DNA of 64,000 nt, from NCBI GenBank assembly GCA_963749705.1, contig CAVVNQ010000008.1:64001-128000 (forward strand), in the 5' to 3' direction. Origin of the DNA: an uncultured Chloroflexia bacterium. GTDB lineage: Bacteria > Chloroflexota > Limnocylindria > Limnocylindrales > CSP1-4. A model generated the notes under the pieces. That model did not search any database, was not told the DNA's origin, and was given only the letters and a program-made list of their open reading frames with translations. The position numbers and the translations under genes were made by a program. This document shows, one piece after another, positions 28,169 through 37,637 of the stretch; position 1 is the first letter of the stretch; each line of letters starts with the position of its first letter.

Positions 28169-29079
28169 GCGCCCAGTCCGACACCCCCCGCCGAATCTCC
28201 GTCGTCGACATCGCCAGGATGCACGCGGACGGCGTGCGCATCGCGACGATCACGGCCTACGACTTCCCGACCGCCGCGATCGTGGACGAGGCGGGGATCC
28301 CGCTGATCCTCGTCGGCGACTCGCTGGCCCAGGTGATGCTGGGCTACGACACCACGGTCCGGGTGTCGGTCGACGAGATGCTTCACCACACCAAGGCGGT
28401 GGTGCGGGGCACGAAGCGGGCGATGGTCGTCGGAGACATGCCGTTCCTGTCGTACTCGTCGCCGGAGGCGGCCATCGCCAACGCCGGGCGCTTCCTGCGG
28501 GAGGCGGGGGCGCACGCGGTCAAGGTTGAGGGCGGGGTCCGCAGCGCGCGGATCATCGAGGCGCTGGTCAAGGCCGGCATCCCGGTGATGGCGCACATCG
28601 GGCTGACCCCGCAGGCGATCAACGCGATCGGACGCGTCCGCGTCCAGGGCAAGTCCCGGGACCAGGCGCGCCAGCTGATGGCGGATGCGCTTGCGGTGCA
28701 GGAGGCGGGGGCGTTCGCGGTCGTCCTCGAGCTCGTGCCCGGCCAGCTGGCCGCGGCGATCACCGAGCGGCTCCGGATCCCGACGATCGGCATCGGTGCC
28801 GGGGCGGGCTGCTCCGGGCAGATCCAGGTGATCACCGACACGCTCGGGCTCGGCGACTGGGTCCCCAGGCACGCCCGCCGCTATGCGGACCTGCGGGGCA
28901 CGATCCTGGGCGCCATCACGCAGTACCGCGCGGACGTCGAGGCGGGCACGTTCCCGGGCGAGGCCGAGACGGCGCTCATGGACCCGGCGGTGCTGGACGA
29001 GGTGCTCGGCAGGTCGACGGCGGATCGCGCCGACGGCATCGCGGACCTGGCGGGGATCCCGCTCGACCGCGACCTCTAG
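28165..29079 (+). CDS. panB: 3-methyl-2-oxobutanoate hydroxymethyltransferase
   Basis: TAYD, LVGDSL, DMPFLSY, VKVEGG, HIGLTPQ, IGIGAG. Confidence 0.96.
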   Translation: MSAQSDTPRRISVVDIARMHADGVRIATITAYDFPTAAIVDEAGIPLILVGDSLAQVMLGYDTTVRVSVDEMLHHTKAVVRGTKRAMVVGDMPFLSYSSPEAAIANAGRFLREAGAHAVKVEGGVRSARIIEALVKAGIPVMAHIGLTPQAINAIGRVRVQGKSRDQARQLMADALAVQEAGAFAVVLELVPGQLAAAITERLRIPTIGIGAGAGCSGQIQVITDTLGLGDWVPRHARRYADLRGTILGAITQYRADVEAGTFPGEAETALMDPAVLDEVLGRSTADRADGIADLAGIPLDRDL

Positions 29080-29104
29080 CTCGCACGACGGACTGCGGCC
29101 GCCG

Positions 29105-29938
29105 ATGGAGATCGCCAGGACGCGCGCCGAGCTCCGCGACATCCTGGCCCGGATGCCCCGGCCGGTCGGGCTGGTGCCCACCATGGGCTGGCTCCACGCG
29201 GGGCACACCACGCTGATCGAGCAGGCACGTGCCGAGAACGTCACGGTGGTCGTGTCCATCTTCGTCAACCCGCGCCAGTTCGGCGAGGCATCCGACTTCA
29301 CGCAGTACCCGCGCAACGAGACGCGTGACCTGGAGGCGTGTGCGGCCGCGGGCGTCGATCTCGTGTTCGCGCCCGATGTGAGCGAGATCTACCCGCCCGG
29401 GTTCGACACGCTGGTGTCGGTCGGCGACATCGCACAGCCGCTCGAGGGATCGGCACGGCCGGGTCACTTCGACGGCGTCGCGACGGTCGTCGCGATCCTG
29501 TTCTCGCTGGTCCGCGCGGACCGCGCCTACTTCGGGCTCAAGGACTACCAGCAGGTCGCCGTCATCCGGCGGATGGCGCTGGACCTCGCGCTGTCCACCG
29601 AGGTCGTCCCGTGCCCCACGGTGCGCGAGCCCGACGGGCTCGCGCTGTCGTCGCGCAACGCGCGGCTGTCGCCGGCCGGCCGGAACGCCGCACCCGTGCT
29701 GCGACGTGCGCTGCTCGCCGGCGCGGCCCGGATCCGGGAGGGCGAACGGGACGCGGAGGCCGTCCGCACCGAGATGCGCGGCGTCCTCGGCGGCGAGCCG
29801 CTTGCCAGTCCGGAGTACGTGTCGGTCGCCGATCCGGAGACGCTGCGCGAGCTCGACAGCGTCGACGACGGCGCGCTGCTGTCGATGGCCGTCCGGATCG
29901 ACGGCGTCCGGCTGATCGACAACGAGCCAGCGGGCTGA
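29105..29938 (+). CDS. panC: Pantoate--beta-alanine ligase
   Basis: VPTMGWLHAGH, SIFVNPRQF, RPGHFDGV, GLKDYQQ, GLALSSRN, RLIDN. Confidence 0.96.
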   Translation: MEIARTRAELRDILARMPRPVGLVPTMGWLHAGHTTLIEQARAENVTVVVSIFVNPRQFGEASDFTQYPRNETRDLEACAAAGVDLVFAPDVSEIYPPGFDTLVSVGDIAQPLEGSARPGHFDGVATVVAILFSLVRADRAYFGLKDYQQVAVIRRMALDLALSTEVVPCPTVREPDGLALSSRNARLSPAGRNAAPVLRRALLAGAARIREGERDAEAVRTEMRGVLGGEPLASPEYVSVADPETLRELDSVDDGALLSMAVRIDGVRLIDNEPAG

Positions 29939-29982
29939 GCCCGTGGGCTGATCTCGTGGGCTGAGCCCGTGGGCTGAACCCG
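29932..29982. repeat. Four 13-nt palindromic tandem repeats at the panC stop
   Basis: GGGCTGAGCCCGT-like unit repeated four times. Confidence 0.7.
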
Positions 29983-30055
29983 GCCGATCCTGGGCGACGC
30001 GGGCGCTGAGCGGGCCACCAAGGGTCCCCGCGCGAGGCGGCCGGAGCGCTCGTCG

Positions 30056-31069
30056 TCAGCCGACGACCGACGCCTGGAGCGCCTGCATCGTGAGCGCAGC
30101 TCGCGCACGGACCTGGGCTTCCCGGTCACCCGGCGCGATCTGGTCGAGCGCCAGCAGCGCAGCCCCCAGGACGGGCGGAGCGTGCAGCACGGACACGACC
30201 GCCGCCGGCGCCACCCGGTGGACGCGCTCGGCGATCAGCGCGGTCAGCAGCGGATCGCCACCCCGCGCGACCCCGCCCGCCAGAACGACGGGTACTGCCG
30301 CGCGGGCAAGCCCGGTCCGACGGATCGCCGCGATGGCAAAGCTCGCGGCCTCGTCGGCAAGCGCAGCGACCACGTCCAGCGCCGCCCGGTCGCCGTCCAT
30401 CGCCGCGCCGACGACGATCGGCGCCAGCTCCTGGACCCGGTCCATGGGGATCCGGCCCCGGTACAGGGCGATGGTGACGTCGATCGGACGGCGCAACCCG
30501 AACACCGCGGGCACGAGCCGTTCCAGCGAGGTGCGCGGGCCACGCCCGTCCCCGGCCCGGACGGCCGCGCCCAGCGCGTCCATCCCCAGCGTCCCTCCCC
30601 CGCCACGGTCGCCGCTGATCGGCCCCAGACCGGCGAACCGGGCCTGGCGGCCGGAGGGGGCGATGCCGACCGCGTTGAGACCCGAGCCCAGGATCACCGC
30701 GACTCCCCAGGGCTCGGGCGATCCCGCCCGAAGCGCCGCGTCGGTGTCGTTGCGCAGGACGACATCGGCGGCGAGCCCGGACGACCCGTGCGCCGCCTGC
30801 AGTGCTCGCCGATCGGACGGCAGGTCCATGCCGGCCAGGCACAGCACGGCCAGCGACCCGACGGTCGCGCCGGCGGGCGCCGCGACGCCCGCGCGGTCGG
30901 CCGCGAGCCTCGCCAGCGCAACCAGGCGCCGCCCGGCCTCGTCGATGCCGACCTGCTGCTGCGACACCGTGGGTCCGCGCAACGTCGCCACCACCGAGCC
31001 GTCGACGTCCATCAGCGCGATGTCCGTCTTGGAGTTGCCGCCGTCGACCGCGATGATCGGGACGGTCAT
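30056..31069 (-). CDS. BadF/BadG/BcrA/BcrD-family sugar kinase (N-acetylglucosamine kinase-like)
   Basis: AVDGGNSKT, LRNDT, ILGSG, ISGDRGGG, VLAGG. Confidence 0.85.
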   Translation of the reverse strand: MTVPIIAVDGGNSKTDIALMDVDGSVVATLRGPTVSQQQVGIDEAGRRLVALARLAADRAGVAAPAGATVGSLAVLCLAGMDLPSDRRALQAAHGSSGLAADVVLRNDTDAALRAGSPEPWGVAVILGSGLNAVGIAPSGRQARFAGLGPISGDRGGGGTLGMDALGAAVRAGDGRGPRTSLERLVPAVFGLRRPIDVTIALYRGRIPMDRVQELAPIVVGAAMDGDRAALDVVAALADEAASFAIAAIRRTGLARAAVPVVLAGGVARGGDPLLTALIAERVHRVAPAAVVSVLHAPPVLGAALLALDQIAPGDREAQVRARAALTMQALQASVVG

Positions 31070-31710
31070 CCGGGCGCCGTCCCCGACGCGACGCGTCCCG
31101 GGACCGCGTCCAGCGCATCGACGCGCACGAGCACGGCTCCTGCCCCGCGCAGCGCGCGGACGATCGCCGGCAACGCGCGGGCCGTGATCGTCGGCCAGCC
31201 GTGGAGCAGCACCACCGCGCCGTCCCCGTGCGCCAGCGTGGCCCGCACGACCCGCCGCTCCAGCGCGGGCGCGCTGCCGCCCGCCCAGTCGCGCCCGTCG
31301 ACGTTCCAGCCGACATCGCGATACCCGAGCGCGGCGAGCGCGTCGATCACGCGCGCGCTGTCCGCCCCGGCTCCGAACGGACAGCGGAACCACGGCCGCG
31401 GATCGACGCCGGTGATGTCCCGGATCACGGCCTCGGCCGCTCGTACGTCGCGCCGCAGGCCGGTGCGGGTGAGCATCGTCATCCGTGCATGGTGATGCGA
31501 ATGGCTGCCGATGAGGTGACCGTCGCGCGCGATGCGTGCCGCGATCGCCGGCTCCGCCTCGACCCACCGGCCCTGGACGAAGAACGTGGCCGGGACGGCC
31601 AGCTCCGCGAGGTGATCGAGGATCGCCGCCGTGGTGCCCGGATCGGTTGGGCGGTCGGGGTGCTCCGCGTCGAACGTGAGCGCGACCCGGAACGACGAGA
31701 CGTCGCTCAC
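31066..31710 (-). CDS. Polysaccharide deacetylase (CE4/NodB-like)
   Basis: ALTFD, ATFFV, GSHSHHH, FRCPFG, DW, LLH motifs; GTG start overlaps the upstream stop. Confidence 0.85.
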   Translation of the reverse strand: MSDVSSFRVALTFDAEHPDRPTDPGTTAAILDHLAELAVPATFFVQGRWVEAEPAIAARIARDGHLIGSHSHHHARMTMLTRTGLRRDVRAAEAVIRDITGVDPRPWFRCPFGAGADSARVIDALAALGYRDVGWNVDGRDWAGGSAPALERRVVRATLAHGDGAVVLLHGWPTITARALPAIVRALRGAGAVLVRVDALDAVPGRVASGTAPG

Positions 31711-32813
31711 TTCTCCACCCCGGTGATGACCACCCCGCGGATGAACACCCGCTGGAAGATCAGGAACAGGATGATCGGGATCAGCATCGTCATCAGCGTG
31801 CCCGCCTGCACGTAGGCCGGGTTCCGGTAGTGGATCCCGTTGAACCGCTGGAGGCCGACGGCGAGTGGCTGGAGCTCCGGCTTGGTCGACAGGTAGATCA
31901 GCGGGTTGAAGAAGTCGTTCCAGGAGTACACGAGGTGGAAGATGGCGACTGCCACGATCACCGGCCACGCCTGCGGCAGGATCACCGACACCAGCGTCCG
32001 GAACGGGCCGGCGCCGTCGATCGCGGCGGCCTCGTCCATCTCGCGCGGAATGGTCAGCATGTACTGGCGCAACAGGAACACGTCGTAGGCGTTGGCAAAG
32101 AAGGTCGGGATCAGCAGCGGGAGCCACGTCCCCACCCAGCCGATCTTGGCGAACATCGTGTACGTGGGCACGATCGTGACCGCCGCCGGCAGGAAGACCG
32201 TGGCGATCAGGACGGTGAACAGGAGCGAACGGCCGGGGAACCGGAAACGTGCGAACCCATAGGCGACCAGGGTGCACGACACGACGGTGCCCACCATCCC
32301 GATCAGCGAGATCACGACGGTGTTGAACAGCAGCCGCGGGAAGTCGATCAGGTCCCACACGTCCGCGTAGTTCTGCCACGCGGGCGACAGCGTCCATGCC
32401 CGCTCCAGCGTCCGCCACGATCCGTCCCACGTGATCAGCCCGGCATCGGGGCTGGCGGGATCGATGAACTGGCTCTGCTGGCGGCCCGGCATGACCAGCG
32501 CCAGCGTCCGGTCCACGCCGTCGACCGGGACCAGGTAGACGTCGTAATCCTTGCCCTCCCAGGTGAACGTCTGGGGCACCGACGGGAGGAACGGCGAGCT
32601 CGTCTCCGACAGCTGCGCCGGGGTCTTGAGCGACACCATGACCGAACGCAGGATCGGCGACAGGAAGGCGGCCAGGACCACCACGATCACGAACGTGAAC
32701 ACGAACGAGCGTCCGACCTCTCTCGGTCGACCCGGCCGAAGCCGGGCCAGGAGCGGCCGCTGCGGCGCCCCTGCCAGCTGGAGGTCCCTGGATCGTCCGA
32801 TCGGGGTTGCCAC
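31707..32813 (-). CDS. Carbohydrate ABC transporter permease
   Basis: AYGFARFRFPG, EAA loop IPREMDEAAAIDGA, SWNDFFNP; start uncertain. Confidence 0.9.
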   Translation of the reverse strand: MATPIGRSRDLQLAGAPQRPLLARLRPGRPREVGRSFVFTFVIVVVLAAFLSPILRSVMVSLKTPAQLSETSSPFLPSVPQTFTWEGKDYDVYLVPVDGVDRTLALVMPGRQQSQFIDPASPDAGLITWDGSWRTLERAWTLSPAWQNYADVWDLIDFPRLLFNTVVISLIGMVGTVVSCTLVAYGFARFRFPGRSLLFTVLIATVFLPAAVTIVPTYTMFAKIGWVGTWLPLLIPTFFANAYDVFLLRQYMLTIPREMDEAAAIDGAGPFRTLVSVILPQAWPVIVAVAIFHLVYSWNDFFNPLIYLSTKPELQPLAVGLQRFNGIHYRNPAYVQAGTLMTMLIPIILFLIFQRVFIRGVVITGVEK

Positions 32814-32821
32814 CGCGCGCC

Positions 32822-33724
32822 CTACCGCTCGCCCGCGTAGTAGACCCAGCGCCGTGACGTCCGGAACACGACCAGCGCCGTGATCAACGTGACCACGAAC
32901 AGGAGCCACGCGAGGGTCGCCCCGTAGGCCATGTTCTGGTACGTGAAGAAGTTCTTGTACAGGTACAGGTTGAAGAAGAACGTGGTTCCCCCGGGCTCAC
33001 CGGTGCCGTTGTTGAGCACCAATGGGACGAGGAAGTACTGGAGCACCTCCACGATGCCGAGCACGAGCGTGTAGAAGATGACCGGCGACATCATCGGCAA
33101 CGTCACGTGTCGCAACGACGCCCACCAGCCTGCGCCGTCGATCCGCGCGGCGTCGTACAGCTCCGACGGGATCCCCCGCAGCCCGGCCAGGTTGACGATG
33201 ATCCCGGCCCCGACCCCCCAGATGCCGATGAACACGAGGGCCGGGTAGATGACCGCGGTGTCGTTAAGCCAGTTGGGCGGGTTCTCGATTCCGGTGAACC
33301 GCAGGAATTCGTTGACCCAGCCGGTCTCCAGGTTGAGCATGCCCTGCCAGATCAGGACCCCCGAGACGAACGGGATCACGTAGGGCATGAAGAACAGGAC
33401 CCGGAAGATCCCGGGGCCCTTGAGGTACCTGCTGTTGAGCGCGAGCGCCAGCATCAACGGCAGCACGATGGCGACCGGCAGCTGGAGCAGCGCGAAGCGG
33501 ATGGTGACGCCCAGCGAATCCCAGGTCTGGTGGTCGGCCAGCAGCGTCTGCCAGTTGCGGAGCCCGATGAACGCGAGCGGCTCCTCCTGGGCGAGGTTGA
33601 TGTTGGTGAACGTGAACAACAGGGACGCCACCATCGGCGCCAGCGTGAACACGACGAATCCGATGATCCACGGCGCCAGGAACAGGTAGCCCCAGCGCGC
33701 CTCACGCCAGGCGAGGCGCGACAT
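32822..33724 (-). CDS. Carbohydrate ABC transporter permease
   Basis: YLFLAPWIIGF, LYDAARIDGA, HVTLPMMSP; start may lie slightly upstream. Confidence 0.9.
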   Translation of the reverse strand: MSRLAWREARWGYLFLAPWIIGFVVFTLAPMVASLLFTFTNINLAQEEPLAFIGLRNWQTLLADHQTWDSLGVTIRFALLQLPVAIVLPLMLALALNSRYLKGPGIFRVLFFMPYVIPFVSGVLIWQGMLNLETGWVNEFLRFTGIENPPNWLNDTAVIYPALVFIGIWGVGAGIIVNLAGLRGIPSELYDAARIDGAGWWASLRHVTLPMMSPVIFYTLVLGIVEVLQYFLVPLVLNNGTGEPGGTTFFFNLYLYKNFFTYQNMAYGATLAWLLFVVTLITALVVFRTSRRWVYYAGER

Positions 33725-33835
33725 GCGGAACACCTCCGGACGCCGCGGGCGACGGCGCAGGGGGCGGGCGGGCTGCGTGACGGCCGTCACGAGGTGGGCC
33801 GGCTGGCGATCATCGGTCCCTCGGATGGTGTGCCT

Positions 33836-33871
33836 GTGTCCCCGTCCGACGGTGAGTGCGGACGGGGACAC
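33836..33871. other. 13-bp stem-loop after the solute-binding protein gene (possible mRNA stabiliser or attenuator)
   Basis: GTGTCCCCGTCCG / CGGACGGGGACAC perfect inverted repeat. Confidence 0.6.
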
Positions 33872-33909
33872 GATGAGGCCGGCGGGTCCGGCCGTGCCAG
33901 GTCAGGACG

Positions 33910-35355
33910 CTACTGCTGCTTGTCCCAGATTGCCTGGATCTCGGCGCGCAGCGCCTCGAACTCCTGGCTCATGTTGAGGCCCTGGTCCGTCTGCCACTTG
34001 GTCGTGTACTTGCCGCCCGAGCCCACGAGGCCGAGGGTCTCGTTGTAGGCGGGCATGTACGACTCGAAGTTCGGGTTGTCGGCAAACTGGATGCTGTCGA
34101 TGGCGACCTGCCAGTCGGGCTTCTGGGTGAACGTCTCGTCCTGGCCTGCGAAGAAGGAATCCTGGTTGGCGGTCAGGGCGGGCATGCCGCCGTACGTCGC
34201 CAGCAGCTCCGGGGCGCCGGTGCCCAGGAGGTAGCTCAGCACCTCGAACGCCTGGTCCGGGTGCTTTGTGCCCTTGAGGATTCGGAAGGTGTCAGCGTTG
34301 AACGCGGACGTGACCTGGCCGTTGTAGCTGGGGATGATCCCCATGTCCCAGTCACCATCGAGGCCCTCGAGGCCGTAGGTCGACCACAGGAAGTTCTCGC
34401 TCATCGCGATCTTGCCGGTGAAGAACGGGTAGTCCTCGGGGTTGATGTCCGGGCTGCTGAACACGGGCCCGGTCATCGAGAAGTGGTCGGTCCACATGCC
34501 GTCGTACCAGAACTGCCAGGCGGCCTTCCAGGCGTCCGGGATCTGGGCGGTCTTGCCGTCCGCTCCGCCGGCGAGCGTCCCCGCACCGAAATAGGCGCCC
34601 ATGCCTCGCAGGTCGTCGCGCTGCGGCTCGAAGCCCCACTGGACGATGTTCTTGGGATCGAAGCCGGCCTGGCTCGCGTCCTTGCCGCTCTTGTCCACGG
34701 TCAGGATCTTTGCGACTTGCCTGATCGTGTCGTAGGTCCAGTCCACCTGCGACCCGTCGGGCATCGTGTACTTGTCGCCGTACTTGTGCGGCGGCTCGTT
34801 GAGGCCCGCCTCCGCGAACAGGCTCTTGGAGTAGAACAGGACGGACGGGTAGATCGCGAACGGGATCCCGACCTGGCCCTCGTCGAGCTTGTAGATATTG
34901 ACCGCGTCGGACGGGAATCCGCTCAGGTCGTAGCTCGTCTTCTGGATCAGGGGCGCGAGGTCGAGCCACTGCCCGTGGAAGGCGTTGGCGCCGCCGATGC
35001 CCACCGGGCCCACGATGTCGGGCCCGTTGCCCGAGGCGATCTCGGTGGCCAGGGCATCGTTCGCGCCGGCGTAGGGCACCGCCTCGAACGTCAGCTTGAT
35101 GTTCGGGTGGCTGGCGTTGAACTCGTCGACGACCTGCTTCTCGACCGCGACCTGCTCGGGGGCGTCGCCACCGCCGAGGCAGCAATACCAGCGGATCTCC
35201 ACCTGGCCGGCGGCCGCCGACTCGGCGGGCGCGGATCCGGTGGCACCCGGCTCGGGGGTCGCGCCGCCGGGCGCGGTCGTCGGGGTGCTGCTCCCGCATG
35301 CACCGGCCACGAGCGCCAGCACACCGGCTGCCGCGAAGGCCTTGATCGCTCGCAT
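33910..35355 (-). CDS. Sugar ABC transporter extracellular solute-binding lipoprotein
   Basis: Lipobox VAGAC after a signal peptide, P/T/A linker, FNASHPNIK, PDIVG; GGAGGAGG RBS. Confidence 0.9.
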   Translation of the reverse strand: MRAIKAFAAAGVLALVAGACGSSTPTTAPGGATPEPGATGSAPAESAAAGQVEIRWYCCLGGGDAPEQVAVEKQVVDEFNASHPNIKLTFEAVPYAGANDALATEIASGNGPDIVGPVGIGGANAFHGQWLDLAPLIQKTSYDLSGFPSDAVNIYKLDEGQVGIPFAIYPSVLFYSKSLFAEAGLNEPPHKYGDKYTMPDGSQVDWTYDTIRQVAKILTVDKSGKDASQAGFDPKNIVQWGFEPQRDDLRGMGAYFGAGTLAGGADGKTAQIPDAWKAAWQFWYDGMWTDHFSMTGPVFSSPDINPEDYPFFTGKIAMSENFLWSTYGLEGLDGDWDMGIIPSYNGQVTSAFNADTFRILKGTKHPDQAFEVLSYLLGTGAPELLATYGGMPALTANQDSFFAGQDETFTQKPDWQVAIDSIQFADNPNFESYMPAYNETLGLVGSGGKYTTKWQTDQGLNMSQEFEALRAEIQAIWDKQQ

Positions 35356-35399
35356 CTGCTCCTCCTCCTGTCGTGGCCTGCCGCCGACGATCGGCGGCA

Positions 35400-36224
35400 C
35401 TAGGTCTGTCGGTGGGCCTGGCGTGCGCCGATCCCGAACCCGGCACTGACCCGGTCCGGGTTGGTGCCCCCGGACCGGGACCCGGATCGGACGACGACCC
35501 GTTCCACGTAGTAGCGCGTCCGGTCACCCCGGACGAATGAGCGGGCGAACTCGACTGGCCGGCCGCCACGGTCGTACGCGAGCCCTTCGATCAGGAGCGC
35601 CGGCCGGTGCGGCTCGACCCCCAGCAGGCGTGCCTCGCGCGCGGGCAAGGCGATCGGCTCGAGCGCTTCGCGCGCACGGACGACGGGGGTGTCGTAGCGC
35701 TCCGTGAGGAGCTCGTACAGCGAGCCGCCCTCGAGATCCCCGGCAAGGAGCCCGGGGAACCGCGCTTCCGGCAGGAACACCTGCTCGAGGAGCAGGGGCT
35801 CACCGTCGGCCATCCGCAGGCGCTCGAGATGGACGACGGATGCGCCGGCCGCGATCTCGAGGGCATCGGCGACGCCAAGCTCGGCGGGCAGCGTCCGGGC
35901 CGTGACCACGCGGGTCGCGGGGTCGTGCCCCAGGTGCTGGATCTCCTCGCTGAACGACATCGTCCCGTCGAGGTCGAGGTCGATGGGCGGGCTGGTGACG
36001 AACGTGCCGCGACCCCGCGCCCGCTCCAGGCGTCGCTCGCGGGCCAGGTCCCCGAGCGCGCGTCGGACGGTGATCAGGCTGCAGCCGTAGCGCGAGGCCA
36101 GCTCCCGCTCGGGTGGCAGCCGGTCGCCCGGTCGCCACTCACCCGCGTCGATGGCGGCGCGCAGGTCGAGGTACACCTGGTGGTGCAGCGGAACCGGGCC
36201 TGCGAGGAGTCGAAACCGTGCCAT
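35400..36224 (-). CDS. GntR/HutC-family transcriptional regulator (UTRA domain)
   Basis: GDRLPPERELA, SLITVRRAL, GRGTFV, C-terminal UTRA (SLYELL, VRGDR). Confidence 0.92.
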   Translation of the reverse strand: MARFRLLAGPVPLHHQVYLDLRAAIDAGEWRPGDRLPPERELASRYGCSLITVRRALGDLARERRLERARGRGTFVTSPPIDLDLDGTMSFSEEIQHLGHDPATRVVTARTLPAELGVADALEIAAGASVVHLERLRMADGEPLLLEQVFLPEARFPGLLAGDLEGGSLYELLTERYDTPVVRAREALEPIALPAREARLLGVEPHRPALLIEGLAYDRGGRPVEFARSFVRGDRTRYYVERVVVRSGSRSGGTNPDRVSAGFGIGARQAHRQT

Positions 36225-36244
36225 GTGAGCGCGCCGGCGACCTC

Positions 36245-36289
36245 TTGCCGATGGGAGACTTGCTGATAAGGTTATAAGCAATCTGTCAA
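36245..36289. promoter_or_regulatory. Divergent promoter region with a near-palindromic operator
   Basis: AT-rich TTGCTGATAAGGTTATAAGCAA (36260-36281); plus strand TTGCCG-N16-TAAGGT with TG extension; minus strand TTGACA at 36284-36289. Confidence 0.6.
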
Positions 36290-36326
36290 GGGTTGGCCAT
36301 GCGTGGCCGACAACGAGGTGCCGTCG

Positions 36327-37604
36327 ATGAGCCTCAAGATCGCGGTGGTGGGCGGGGGAAGCACGTACACTCCCGAGCTCGTCGAGGGCTTCGCGCACCG
36401 CGCCGCCGTGCTCCCGATCAGCGAATTGGTGCTCCAGGACCCGGACGCCGAGCGGCTGGAGATCGTCGGCGGTCTCGCGGGACGGATCCTCCACGCCGCG
36501 GGATGGCCCGGGCGGCTCGTCCTGACCGGCGACCGGAGCGCGGCGCTCGACGGCGCCACCTACACCCTGATCCAGCTGCGGGTGGGCGGCCAGGCGGCCA
36601 GGCTCGTGGACGAGACCCTGCCCCATCGCTTCGGCATGATCGGCCAGGAGACGACCGGGCCAGGTGGCTTCGCGAAGGCGCTCCGAACGGTCCCGCTCGT
36701 GCTCGAGATCGCGGAGGAGGCGACCCGACGAGGCGCCCCGGGCGGCTGGATCCTGGACTTCACCAATCCGGTCGGGATCGTGACGCAGGCGCTGCTCGAC
36801 GCCGGGTACCGAGCCCTCGGACTGTGCAACGTGGCGATCGGCTTCCAGCGGGCGTTCGCGCGACGGCTCTCGGTGGCGCCGGAGCGGGTGACGCTGGACC
36901 ACGTCGGGCTCAATCACCTCACCTGGATCCGCGAGGTGCGCGTCGACGGCAAGGACCGCCTCCCCTCCCTGATCGAGGCGGGCGATCCGATCGTGACCGC
37001 GGACGATCACTTTCCGCTGGCGCTGGTCCGGGCACTGGGCGCCGTGCCGTCCTACTACCTGCGCTACTACTACGCCACCGGTGACGTGCTGCGGGAGCAG
37101 CTCGACGGCGCCAGCCGCGCGACCGACGTGATCAACATCGAGCGCGAGCTGCTCGAGCTGTATCGCGATCCCACGCTGGCCCGCAAGCCGGCGCTGCTCG
37201 AGCAGCGCGGAGGGGCCTACTACAGCGAGGCGGCGGCCGCCCTGATCGAGTCGCTGCACACTGGCGATGGCGCCATCCACGTGGTCGACGTGCGCAACGA
37301 CGGGGCGATCCCCAACCTGCCGCCCGATGCCGTGGTCGAGGTGGCTTCGAGGATCGATCGCGCCGGCGCCCATCCGCTGCCGACCGCGCCGCTCGCGCCG
37401 GAGCTGCTGGGCCTCGTGCAGCACGTCAAGGCGTACGAGACGCAGGCGATCCGTGCGGCGTTGAGCGGCGACGACCGCGACGCCATCCGGGCGCTGATCG
37501 CGAATCCCCTGGTGCCCGCGGGCGTGGCTCCGCCGCTGCTCGACGCGCTCATCGAGGCGAACCTCCCGTACCTGCCCCGGTTCGCCCGGGCGGCGCCCGG
37601 GTAG
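36327..37604 (+). CDS. Family 4 glycoside hydrolase (6-phospho-beta-glucosidase-like)
   Basis: KIAVVGGGSTYTP, GQETTGPGG, FTNP, GLCN, GLNHL, RGGAYYS. Confidence 0.93.
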   Translation: MSLKIAVVGGGSTYTPELVEGFAHRAAVLPISELVLQDPDAERLEIVGGLAGRILHAAGWPGRLVLTGDRSAALDGATYTLIQLRVGGQAARLVDETLPHRFGMIGQETTGPGGFAKALRTVPLVLEIAEEATRRGAPGGWILDFTNPVGIVTQALLDAGYRALGLCNVAIGFQRAFARRLSVAPERVTLDHVGLNHLTWIREVRVDGKDRLPSLIEAGDPIVTADDHFPLALVRALGAVPSYYLRYYYATGDVLREQLDGASRATDVINIERELLELYRDPTLARKPALLEQRGGAYYSEAAAALIESLHTGDGAIHVVDVRNDGAIPNLPPDAVVEVASRIDRAGAHPLPTAPLAPELLGLVQHVKAYETQAIRAALSGDDRDAIRALIANPLVPAGVAPPLLDALIEANLPYLPRFARAAPG

Positions 37605-37637
37605 CGGACCGGCACCGCAGCCGCCGCGGCGATCCGG

